From NCBI GenBank assembly GCA_965203485.1, contig OZ241892.1, forward strand, positions 2,976,001-3,040,000: a stretch of 64,000 nucleotides of DNA, given 5' to 3'. The notes below the pieces were generated by a model. The model searched no databases and was not told where the DNA came from. It saw only the letters and a program-made list of their open reading frames with translations. Below are positions 35,557-44,342 of this stretch, one piece after another (positions within the stretch are counted from its first letter, which is position 1; every line of letters starts with the position of its first letter). This DNA is from Longimicrobiales bacterium. Lineage in GTDB: Bacteria > Gemmatimonadota > Gemmatimonadetes > Longimicrobiales > Gaopeijiaceae. A program made the position numbers and the translations under genes.

Positions 35557-35560
35557 TTCG

Positions 35561-36445
35561 TCAGCTCCGCTTCGCCATCACGTACGGCGAGCGCTGCACG
35601 GTCGGCATCACGATCATCCGCTGCACGTTGACGCGCGGCGGAGCGTTCAGCACGTAGCACACTGCGTCGGCCACGTCCTCGGGTTGCAGAGCGTCCACGT
35701 GTTCGTAGGTCTGCCGGGCGCGGCCGGCGTCGCCGCGAAACCGCACGAGCGAGAACTCCGTCTCCACCAAGCCGGGATCCACGCTCGACATGCGCACCCG
35801 CGTGCCGACCAAGTCCAGGTTGGCCGCGTCGGTCAGCGCGCGCACCGCGAACTTCGTGGCCGCGTACACGTTGCCCTTCGGGTAGACTAGGTGGCCCGCA
35901 ATGCTGCCGACGTTCACGACGTGCCCGGCATCGCGCTCGACCATTCCCGGCAACAGCGCCCGCGTCACGTTCAGCAACCCCTTGACGTTGGTGTCGATCA
36001 TCTCGTCCCAGTCGGCCGCGCTGCCCTCGTGGAGGCTGTGCAGTCCGCGGGCCAGCCCGGCGTTGTTGACGAGGACGTCCGGCGCGATGCCTTCTTCGGC
36101 CAGCCAGTCCCCAAACGTAGCGACGCGGTCCCGGTCGCGTACGTCGAGCACGTACGTGCGCGAGCCGTTCGAAGAGCCGTCCCCGCCCGAGCCGGCTTCT
36201 CCGGTTGCATCGTTTCTGCGCGCGGGTTGCCCGCCCTCGCAGTCGGTGCCACGCCCGTTCGCCGCGCCCGGCCACCCGCTCCGCCGCCCTTCCCCCAGCC
36301 GCACAGCCAGCGCATCCAACCGGTCCTTCCGGCGCCCGAGCGCAATCACGCGGGCGCCGCGTCCGGCCAATGCCAGCGCGCAAGCCTCCCCAATCCCGGC
36401 GGTTGCCCCCGTCACGACGGCCGTCTTGCCGCGAATTCTGTTCAT
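35561..36445 (-). CDS. Short-chain dehydrogenase/reductase (YdfG-like), with ~40-aa low-complexity insertion
   Basis: TGATAGIG Rossmann motif, NNAG, catalytic YAATK, DPGLVETEFS typical of the YdfG subfamily. Confidence 0.9.
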   Translation of the reverse strand: MNRIRGKTAVVTGATAGIGEACALALAGRGARVIALGRRKDRLDALAVRLGEGRRSGWPGAANGRGTDCEGGQPARRNDATGEAGSGGDGSSNGSRTYVLDVRDRDRVATFGDWLAEEGIAPDVLVNNAGLARGLHSLHEGSAADWDEMIDTNVKGLLNVTRALLPGMVERDAGHVVNVGSIAGHLVYPKGNVYAATKFAVRALTDAANLDLVGTRVRMSSVDPGLVETEFSLVRFRGDAGRARQTYEHVDALQPEDVADAVCYVLNAPPRVNVQRMIVMPTVQRSPYVMAKRS

Positions 36446-36688
36446 CCGCCTCCGGCGAAGTCAGGCCATGCTTCCTACACTCTTGCTGGAGTTTCCACAA
36501 TAAGCGAAAAGGGCGAGCCCCCGCCAATGCGACCGGCGCCGGCCAGCAGGCCTGTCGCGCCAAGGACGCTCCAGGCCCGGCTTCGGAGGCTCCGGACGCG
36601 GACGAGGCGACGCCGAAGGCGCAACGGGCGACGCCGGACGCTCGTGGCTTGCTGCGGCCCTCCGTTCGACCCTACCGTTCGCTCCGTC

Positions 36689-38239
36689 ATGCGCTTCTTC
36701 AACACCACGGGTCCGGTGGTCGCCGCGGACCACTACCTCGTTCCACCCCTGGAGCGCCTTGACATGGAGGAGTTCCTAACCCTGGTCCGGCGCAAGCAGT
36801 ACTTTGTGCTGCACGCCCCCCGGCAGTCGGGCAAGACATCGGTGCTGCTGGCCGCCCGCGACTTCCTGAACGCCGAAGGCTGCCATTGCGTCTACGCCAG
36901 CTTCGAGAGGGCCCGAGCGCTGCAAGGCAACCTGGAGGCCATGCGGGCCGTCCTCGGGCAGATCGGGGAACGGGCGCTCGACTCCGGCGACGAATTCGTC
37001 GATCGCGAATGGCCGGCTTCATTGGCGAAGCACGGGCCGGAAGGGGCCTTGGGCTCCGTATTGTCCCGCTGGGCGGCCGTCGCGCGCAAACCTTTGGCGC
37101 TCCTCATCGACGAGATCGACGGCCTTGCCGACGGCCCCTTGCTGTCGGTGCTGGCCCAGCTTCGAGCAGGCTACGACAAGAGGCCGGGCCGCTTTCCGCA
37201 GAGCATCGTCCTCTGCGGTCTCCGCGACATCCGGGACTACCGTCTGGACCCGTCGGTCAGCCCCTTCAACATCGTGGCGAAGTCGTTGCGCCTCGGCGAC
37301 TTTTCGCGGCAACAGGTGCGCTCCCTGCTGGGCCAGCACACCGAGGACACCGGACAGCGCTTCGCGGCGGCGGCCGTGGAGAAGGTGTGGGAGCAGACGC
37401 AAGGGCAGCCGTGGCTGGTCAACGCCCTTGCCGCCGCGGCGTGCTTCGAGGGGGAGGCCGCCCGCGACCGATCGCGGGAGATCGCGGAGGACGACATGGA
37501 CGCCGCCCGAGAGCGGGTCATCCTTCGCCGGGCGACCCACTTGGACCAGCTGGCGCACAGGCTTGGCGAAGGACGAGTGCGCCGGGTCATCGAGCCCGTC
37601 CTGAGCGGCGGGAAGGAGCCCGAGTTCACGGCTCGGGACTTGGAGCACGCGCGCGATCTGGGGCTGGTCGCCCAGGACGCGCCGTTGCGCATTGCCAACC
37701 CGATCTATGCCGAAGTGATCCCTCGCGAACTCACCGCGGCGGCTCAGACGGCGCTGACCGAGGAGCCGGCGTGGTACGTCCGCGCCGACGGGAGCTTGGA
37801 CCTGCCGAAGCTGATGCAGGCGTTCCAGGCGTTCTTCCGCGAGCACTCGGAGCATTGGTCGAAGCGCTTCGAGTATCAGGAGGCTTGGCCGCAACTCCTT
37901 CTGCAGGCATTCTTGCAACGCATCGTCAACAGTGGCGGTCGAATCGAGCGGGAGTTCGGGCTGGGACGCGGGCGGACGGACCTGCTGGTGACGTGGCCCG
38001 AGCGCGACGCCGCGAGCAAGTGGGTCGTGGAGTGCAAGCTGCGTCGAGAAAAGGACGGTCTCGAAGCAGTCGTCCGCTTGGGACTTGAACAAACCGCCGC
38101 CTACATGGACCGTTGCGGAGCGCCCGAAGGACACTTGGTGATCTTCGACCGCCGCTCGAACCGGAAGTGGGAAGAGAAGCTCTTCCACCGCCCGCCGCCC
38201 GCCGACGCCGCACCGCCCATCCACGTCTGGGGCATGTAG
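36689..38239 (+). CDS. AAA-like ATPase (AAA_35-type) with C-terminal PD-(D/E)XK-like nuclease region
   Basis: Real start MRFFNTTGPV at ATG 36689 inside listed ORF 35891. Walker A HAPRQSGKTS, Walker B LLIDEID, C-terminal RIERE..GRGRTDL...VVECK. Confidence 0.85.
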   Translation: MRFFNTTGPVVAADHYLVPPLERLDMEEFLTLVRRKQYFVLHAPRQSGKTSVLLAARDFLNAEGCHCVYASFERARALQGNLEAMRAVLGQIGERALDSGDEFVDREWPASLAKHGPEGALGSVLSRWAAVARKPLALLIDEIDGLADGPLLSVLAQLRAGYDKRPGRFPQSIVLCGLRDIRDYRLDPSVSPFNIVAKSLRLGDFSRQQVRSLLGQHTEDTGQRFAAAAVEKVWEQTQGQPWLVNALAAAACFEGEAARDRSREIAEDDMDAARERVILRRATHLDQLAHRLGEGRVRRVIEPVLSGGKEPEFTARDLEHARDLGLVAQDAPLRIANPIYAEVIPRELTAAAQTALTEEPAWYVRADGSLDLPKLMQAFQAFFREHSEHWSKRFEYQEAWPQLLLQAFLQRIVNSGGRIEREFGLGRGRTDLLVTWPERDAASKWVVECKLRREKDGLEAVVRLGLEQTAAYMDRCGAPEGHLVIFDRRSNRKWEEKLFHRPPPADAAPPIHVWGM

Positions 38240-38480
38240 CGCGGCGGGCCTCCAAGCGGGGCGTCCACTCGGGCCACGCCGGGCGCTTCGGCCAACATCC
38301 CCCCACGGCATGAACGAACCTTGGGCGCGGGTCTCCGTGGCGGCGGCCGGCAGATGGACCGCGGCAGGGCTCTTCACAAAGCCGGGCCGTTCCGGCAAAC
38401 TATCCGCTCCGGCCCGACAGTTGCGGCCCTTCGCCGTCCTGCAACTCGCTCGCTTTCACCGCTCCGCCGAAGGAGTCACC

Positions 38481-38939
38481 GTGACCCCCCCCAGAGCCCG
38501 TTTCTTCCGCGTGTCCGAACTCCCCAAGGAGAACCTCGGGCCCGGCCTGTCGCGTCGGCTGGTGACCGGCGAACGGTCCATGCTGGCCCACGTGTACCTG
38601 AAGAAGGGCGCCGTGGTTCCGAAGCATTCGCACCACAACGAGCAGATCACCTACGTCCTGGAAGGCGCCCTCCGATTCTGGCTGGGCGACGACGGCGCCG
38701 AGCAGGTCGATGTCCGCGCGGGCGAAGTGCTGCTGCTCCCCAGCGGGTTGCCGCACCGGGCCGAAGCCCTCGAAGACACGGTCGACGTGGACGTGTTCGC
38801 GCCGCCCCGCCAGGATTGGCTCGACGGCACCGATTCGTACTTGCGGGGCAATTCGGCCGCTTCTGCCGACGCGGCCGCCTCGGGAACCGGGCTGGTCGCT
38901 GACGCATCCGCGGCAGGCCGCCGCCCGGAAGACGCCTGA
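38481..38939 (+). CDS. Cupin-domain protein
   Basis: GTG 38481 preceded by AAGGAG; cupin motifs HSHHNEQITYVLEG and GEVLLLPSGLPH; DVFAPPRQDW. Confidence 0.85.
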   Translation: MTPPRARFFRVSELPKENLGPGLSRRLVTGERSMLAHVYLKKGAVVPKHSHHNEQITYVLEGALRFWLGDDGAEQVDVRAGEVLLLPSGLPHRAEALEDTVDVDVFAPPRQDWLDGTDSYLRGNSAASADAAASGTGLVADASAAGRRPEDA

Positions 38940-39883
38940 TGGGCGGCGGGGCCGGCGGCACGCTTCAGGGAAGCCCGTGGGTGTGGAAGGACGGCGAGTT
39001 CGTGCGATGGGAGAACGCGACCGTCCACGTCCTCAGCTTGGCCGTTCAGTTCGCATCCTCGGTGTTCGAGGGGATCCGTTGCTACGAGACCCCCAACGGT
39101 CCGGCGGTCTTCCGCTTGCAGGCGCACCTGCGAAGACTGGTGGCGTCGAGCCGAACGTATCGAATGCTGCCCGAGCACTCCGTCGAGGAACTGACAGCGG
39201 CGGTGAAGGCCACGATCGTCAAGAACGAGCTCGCCTCGTGCTACGTGCGGCCCATGGTGCTGCGCGGCTTCGGGTCGGCGGGAATGAATCCGGAGTTCAG
39301 CCCCATCGAGACGTACATCCCCATGTGGTCGTGGGGCGCCTACCTGGGCGAAGAAGCGCTGGAGCGGGGCGTGGACGTGGGTGTGTCGTCCTGGCGCCGG
39401 CCTGCCCCGAACACGTTGCCGAGCGGAGCCAAGTCGGCGGGCAACTACCTAATCTCGCAACTCATGGTGCTGGAGGCCATGTCGCACGGGTACGCCGAAG
39501 CGATCGGCCTCGCGCCCAACGGTCTGGTCAGCGAGGGCAGCGGACAGAACCTCTTCATGGTCGTCGACGGCGAGGTCGTCACGCCGATTCTGGACGGCAC
39601 GTCGCTTTCCGGAATCACGCGCCATTCCGTCATGAAGATCGCGGCCGACTTGGGCCTGGCCGTGCGCGAGCAACTGGTGACCCGCGAGATGCTGTACGCC
39701 GCCGACGAGCTCTTCTTCACGGGCACGGCCACGGAAGTCACGCCCATCCGCTCGGTGGACGGCCTGCAGATCGGGGAAGGCCGGCGCGGGCCGGTGACGG
39801 AGCGCCTCCAGGCCCGCTACCTCGAACTGGCGACCGGGGCCGCGACCGACCCGTGGGGATGGGTGGAGCACGTCGACGGGTGA
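38939..39883 (+). CDS. ilvE: Branched-chain amino acid aminotransferase (class IV PLP)
   Basis: SVFEGIRCY, FRL..HL.RL, AKSAGNY (PLP Lys), SEGSGQNLF, LSGITR, ELFFTGTATEVTPI; TGATG overlap with the cupin gene. Confidence 0.88.
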   Translation: MGGGAGGTLQGSPWVWKDGEFVRWENATVHVLSLAVQFASSVFEGIRCYETPNGPAVFRLQAHLRRLVASSRTYRMLPEHSVEELTAAVKATIVKNELASCYVRPMVLRGFGSAGMNPEFSPIETYIPMWSWGAYLGEEALERGVDVGVSSWRRPAPNTLPSGAKSAGNYLISQLMVLEAMSHGYAEAIGLAPNGLVSEGSGQNLFMVVDGEVVTPILDGTSLSGITRHSVMKIAADLGLAVREQLVTREMLYAADELFFTGTATEVTPIRSVDGLQIGEGRRGPVTERLQARYLELATGAATDPWGWVEHVDG

Positions 39884-39982
39884 GGAGCGTCGCGTCGGCG
39901 CCGCCGACGTCGGGGAGCCGACCGGGGCGCGCCGGGCGTCCACGCCGAGACCTTGCTTCGCCCACGGCATGCCGCCGGACCG

Positions 39983-41320
39983 TCAGCCCAGGACCGTGAA
40001 CGACGATTCGGCGTTGGGGTTGCGCAGGCGGCTGAAGAAGCCAGCGTCGCACGTGCGCCGGACATACGGCAACGGCAACTGGACCGGGTCGCGGTCGTGG
40101 TCGCGGCCGCCCTCCACCTGCTCGACGATTTCGGCCATCAGCCGTCCCACCACGGGCGCGTTCTTGAACTGGTTGCCGGACGTGCCGACGGCCATGTAGA
40201 AGCCGGGCAGGCTCGACTTGTCGTAGACGGGAATCCAGTCCTCGACGACGTCGTAGAGGTCCACGACGCCGGCGGGACGGCCCGGGATTCCCAGGTTCCG
40301 TATGCGCTGGGCGGCCCGCATGACTTGCGTCCGCCACTGGTCGGTGAAGCCCCGGTTCCAGTCTTCGGCGTCCTCCACCCAGTCCAGCGCGTCGCAGGCG
40401 GGTTGTTCGGAGCCGACGAGAACTTGGTTGCCCGCGGCCGGCCGGAAATAGCAGCCCGTGTCGCCGTCCGAGACGAGCGGCGCGGTCCGTTCGTAGTCGA
40501 TTCCCGGCGGGGCCGGCACGTAGCAAACCTCCTGCTTGAGAGGGCGCGTGCTCACGTTCATGTCGTCCAAGACGCCCGCCAAGCGGTTCACGGCGCTCGA
40601 TCCGGGCCCCGCCGCGTTGACCACGACGGGGGCGGAGACGACGCGTCCGTCCGCGGTCCGCACGCCGGCGGCGCGCCCGCCTTTCCGAACGATCTCGACG
40701 ACCCGCGCGCCGAATCGAAGCCGGCCGCCGCGGGCCTCGCAGGCTCGTTGCAGGTTGTGGCAGGCCAGCACGGCGTCGTCGACGTAGCCCGACTCGGGCA
40801 GGTAGACCGCGCCCGGGACTCGCCCGCCCGTGGGTTCGCCGAAGCGGGCGGCGGCGGGAGCGACGGGCGGACCAAAGGCGCGAGCGTCCAGCCATGGAAA
40901 CTGGCGCTCCACGTCGTCCGCGGTCAGGTGTTCGCGGGGGATGCCGAGATCGTCGAGAACGGCGGCGACGGCGGCCAGCCGGTCGTTGCCCTCGTGCTTG
41001 AACACGAGGCACCCCGTGTTGACGTACCTGGCCAGGCCGAGCTCGTCGCCGGCGCCCAGGAAGCGCGGCCAGTCGAGCCAGTGGTAGTAGCTCTCCCGGG
41101 CCATGGCGCAGCCCTCGGCGGTCGAGTAGTGGAAGCGCACGATCGCCGACGTGCTTCCGCTGGACCCCGCGCCGGCGGCCGCGGCGGCGTCCACGTTGAG
41201 CGTGCGCCGACCCCGGCGCGCCAAGGCCAGCCCGATGGACAGGCCGACGACGCCCGCGCCGACCACCACCGCATCGCAACGTTCCGTCATCGCATCCATC
41301 CTCCGCGGCATTGCCGGCAA
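39983..41320 (-). CDS. FAD-dependent oxidoreductase (DAO / sarcosine oxidase beta-like); start may be 41299 or 41290
   Basis: VVVGAGVVG FAD motif, GSSGSTSAIVR, VVNAAGP, GTSGNQFKNAPVVG. Confidence 0.88.
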   Translation of the reverse strand: MPAMPRRMDAMTERCDAVVVGAGVVGLSIGLALARRGRRTLNVDAAAAAGAGSSGSTSAIVRFHYSTAEGCAMARESYYHWLDWPRFLGAGDELGLARYVNTGCLVFKHEGNDRLAAVAAVLDDLGIPREHLTADDVERQFPWLDARAFGPPVAPAAARFGEPTGGRVPGAVYLPESGYVDDAVLACHNLQRACEARGGRLRFGARVVEIVRKGGRAAGVRTADGRVVSAPVVVNAAGPGSSAVNRLAGVLDDMNVSTRPLKQEVCYVPAPPGIDYERTAPLVSDGDTGCYFRPAAGNQVLVGSEQPACDALDWVEDAEDWNRGFTDQWRTQVMRAAQRIRNLGIPGRPAGVVDLYDVVEDWIPVYDKSSLPGFYMAVGTSGNQFKNAPVVGRLMAEIVEQVEGGRDHDRDPVQLPLPYVRRTCDAGFFSRLRNPNAESSFTVLG

Positions 41321-41354
41321 CCCGGCTTGGGTGGGCCGCGAAGCTCAAGTCTAG

Positions 41355-43098
41355 GAGCCTGTAGCGCATAGCTCGTTTCTTCTTGTGGCGGGATGTGGCG
41401 GGGGGGCAATATTGGGGGTGTGCGGGGGAGGCGAGCGATTCTTCAACGGGGGGGTCGAGTGAAGAAGCAGTACCAGGCGTGGAGGCTGGACCAGCTGTAC
41501 CTGATGCCGCCGTCGATGCGGGACTGGTTGCCGGAGGACCACTTGGTGTGGTTCGTATTGGACGTGGTGTCGGAGCTGGACATTTCGGGGATCGAGGCGG
41601 CGGTTCAGGCGAAGGACGCGCGGGGCCAGCGGCCGTACGATCCGAGGATGATGGTGGCGTTGCTGGTGTACGCGTACAGCTCGGGCGTGTACTCGTCGCG
41701 GCGCATGGCTCGGGCGTGCCGGGAGCATGTGGCGTTTCGTGTGCTGACGGGCAACGCGGAGCCGCACTTCACGACGATCAACGAGTTTCGCCGTGTGCAC
41801 CGCAAGCGCTTCGAGCGCTTGTTCGTGGAGGTGCTGAAGCTGTGCGGGGCGGCGGGGCTGGTGAAGCTGAAGCACGTGGCGGTGGACGGGACGAAGGTCG
41901 AGGCGAACGCGAGCAAGCACAAGGCGATGAGCTATGCGCGCATGGTGGCCGAAGAGAAGCGGTTGGCCGAGGAGGTGGCGCGGATGCTGGCGGAGGCGGA
42001 AGCGGCGGACCGGGCCGAGTCGCAGGGGGAGGGAAGCGCGGAGGGATTGCCGGAGGCGCTGAGCCGGCGCGAGGGCCGGCTGGCGCGGATCCGGGAAGCG
42101 AAGGCGCGATTGGAGGACGAGGCGCGGCGGGCGCGGGCGCGCAAGTTGCGGGCACAAGCGCAGGGCATGGAGCGGACGGCGGCGCGCTGTGGGAGTTCGG
42201 TCGTGGCGAAGGGATTGCGCACGAAGGCGGCGCGGCGGCGGGCGCGTGCGGACGCGCTGGACCCGCAAGGCGGCGCGTCCGCGAGCGAGCCGGGACAGTT
42301 GCCGCGCAAGGAGACGCCGGCGACGCCGGGCGGGCGACCGGTCGGCGGGGCGCAATGCAACTTCACGGACCCGGAGAGCCACATCATGATGGGGGCGCAC
42401 GGATTCGTGCAGGCGTACAACGCGCAACTGGCGGTCGACGACGCCGCGCAGGTCGTCGTGGCGCACGGCGTGACGAACCAGCCGGCCGACTGCCGCAATC
42501 TGGAGCCGGTGCTCGAGCGGGCCAGGGCGAACCTGGGCGAGGCGCCGGCGAACGCGACGGCCGACGCCGGATACTGGCGTCCGGGCGTCGAGGCGCAAGC
42601 GCGCGCCCTGGGGACGGAGGCCTGGGTCGCGACGGCGCGCAAGCCCCAAGGGACATCTCCGAAAACGGACGCCGCCGCGCGGCAGGACGCGTCGCCACGG
42701 GAGCGGATGCGGGCCCGGGTCGCCAGCGAGGACGGACGAGCGTTGTACGCGCGCCGCAAGGCCGTCGTCGAGCCGGTCAATGGCCAGATCAAGCAGGCGC
42801 GCGGCTTTCGGCGCTTCTCGTTCCGAAGACTCGAGGCGGTCGAGGCCGAGTGGGCGCTGGTCTGCGCCTGCCACAACCTGCTCAAGCTCTTCGCGAACCG
42901 TACGCCCCCCAGGCGTCGTGCGCCCAAACGCGACGCTCCGCACGCCCCGCGCGCCCTTTCCCGCCCAAAATCGGCCTCGCGTCGTCCGTTGCACGCCCGC
43001 CGACGCCCCATGCCGCCCATCGCCCGACCCGTCCGCCTAACGCCTGCCCGCCGCCCCGTCTGCTACGCCCCGGCCCCTTCCCTACGGCCTACAGACTC
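41355..43098 (+). mobile_element. IS1182-family insertion sequence, 1744 bp, imperfect 17-bp TIRs, 4-bp CTAG target duplication
   Basis: Left end CTAG|GAGCCTGTAGCGCATAG (41351-41371); right end CTACGGCCTACAGACTC|CTAG (43082-43102); IRs match 13/17. Confidence 0.88.
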
Positions 43099-43102
43099 CT
43101 AG
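41459..43102 (+). CDS. IS1182-family DDE transposase
   Basis: LMPPSMRDWLPEDHL, GQRPYDPRMM, YSSRR, AVDGTKVEANASK, NFTDPES, ADAGY, YARRKAVVEPVNGQIK..RGFRRF. Confidence 0.92.
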   Translation: MKKQYQAWRLDQLYLMPPSMRDWLPEDHLVWFVLDVVSELDISGIEAAVQAKDARGQRPYDPRMMVALLVYAYSSGVYSSRRMARACREHVAFRVLTGNAEPHFTTINEFRRVHRKRFERLFVEVLKLCGAAGLVKLKHVAVDGTKVEANASKHKAMSYARMVAEEKRLAEEVARMLAEAEAADRAESQGEGSAEGLPEALSRREGRLARIREAKARLEDEARRARARKLRAQAQGMERTAARCGSSVVAKGLRTKAARRRARADALDPQGGASASEPGQLPRKETPATPGGRPVGGAQCNFTDPESHIMMGAHGFVQAYNAQLAVDDAAQVVVAHGVTNQPADCRNLEPVLERARANLGEAPANATADAGYWRPGVEAQARALGTEAWVATARKPQGTSPKTDAAARQDASPRERMRARVASEDGRALYARRKAVVEPVNGQIKQARGFRRFSFRRLEAVEAEWALVCACHNLLKLFANRTPPRRRAPKRDAPHAPRALSRPKSASRRPLHARRRPMPPIARPVRLTPARRPVCYAPAPSLRPTDS

Positions 43103-43187
43103 CGCTCGCCGCGCGGCGAGCGAACCGCCGCCGCCGACCGCGGGGCGGTCTTGCCGAATTCGCGCTCCGGCGTTCAACTTCGCAGTC

Positions 43188-43991
43188 ATGGCGTTGCGAA
43201 TCGCGACTTGGAACGTCAACTCGGTCAAGGTGCGCAGGGACCGCGTCGTCGGCTGGATAAGACGTCACGAGCCCGACGCGCTCTGCTTGCAGGAACTCAA
43301 GACGACCGACGAGGCGTACCCGGCCGACGCCGTCCGCGAGACGGGCTGCGAGTCCGCCGTCTTTGGACAGAGAGCCTACAACGGCGTCGCGCTCGTCAGT
43401 CCTCATCCGATCTCGGCAGTGCGGCGCGGCCTCGCGCCCGACCCGGGGATCGCGAGCACGGCGCAAGACGCCGAGGCGCGCCTGATTCGGGGAACGATCC
43501 GAGGCGTCACCATCTTCTCGGCCTACTTTCCCAACGGCAGGTCCGTGGGCGAGCCGTCCTACGCTCGCAAGCTGGAATGGATGGACCGCCTCCTGGCGTT
43601 CCTCAAGTCCAACTTCGACCCCCGCGACCCCCTCGTGCTGGCCGGCGACTTCAACGTGGCCCCGCACGACTCGGACGCGAAGAACCCCGAGCGCTGGGCC
43701 GGGAGCGTCCTTTGCCACGGGAGCGCGCGCGAAGCCCTCGAACGCATCCGCGGGTGGGGCTTCGTGGATGTCGTCCGCAAGCACAATCCCGAGGGAGGCA
43801 TCTACAGCTGGTGGGACTATCGACGCCTTGCCTTCCCGAAGAACGACGGCCTGCGCATCGACCACGTCTTCGCCACGAAGCCCGTGGCCGATGCCTCGAC
43901 CGGCGCGTGGGTGGACCGCGACCAGCGCAAGGGCGGCAAAGCCGACAAGCCGTCCGACCACGCACCCGTCGTGGCCGACTTCGCCATCTAG
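43188..43991 (+). CDS. xth: Exodeoxyribonuclease III
   Basis: IATWNVNS, LCLQELK, YNGVA, YFPNG, GDFNVA, YSWWDYR, GLRIDH, SDHAPV. Confidence 0.95.
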   Translation: MALRIATWNVNSVKVRRDRVVGWIRRHEPDALCLQELKTTDEAYPADAVRETGCESAVFGQRAYNGVALVSPHPISAVRRGLAPDPGIASTAQDAEARLIRGTIRGVTIFSAYFPNGRSVGEPSYARKLEWMDRLLAFLKSNFDPRDPLVLAGDFNVAPHDSDAKNPERWAGSVLCHGSAREALERIRGWGFVDVVRKHNPEGGIYSWWDYRRLAFPKNDGLRIDHVFATKPVADASTGAWVDRDQRKGGKADKPSDHAPVVADFAI

Positions 43992-44342
43992 GGCCGCCGC
44001 TACAAGGCAACGGGGATCGCCGCCCCGCCTTCAGCCCGTTGTGGCTGACGTTCGCGCCATCCGGAGGCGTTTGCCGCCCCAGCGCAAGTGGCCGGAAGCG
44101 CGCAGCCCCCTGCGCACGCTTCCAGCTCGTGTGGACACGCCGACGGGCCCAACCGGGGCGACCCGTCTCGCCATGTATGCGTCCCCGATGCCGCCGCATT
44201 GTTCGTCGTGTCGAGCAACGAGGTTCGGCACGCCGTTTTCGAACCCGGCGCTGCGCGGCGAACGGCCGCGGTCCGGGCGAGGCGGGGACGGCGGGAGACC
44301 ATTACCTTGGCGGGAGCGGCCCCGCTGGAACGGAGAGCGCCG

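Noticed and set aside
35891..36688. N-terminal 266 aa of the listed 782-aa ORF
   Set aside because: Overlaps the SDR on the opposite strand; the recognisable family start MRFFNTTGP is at 36689.
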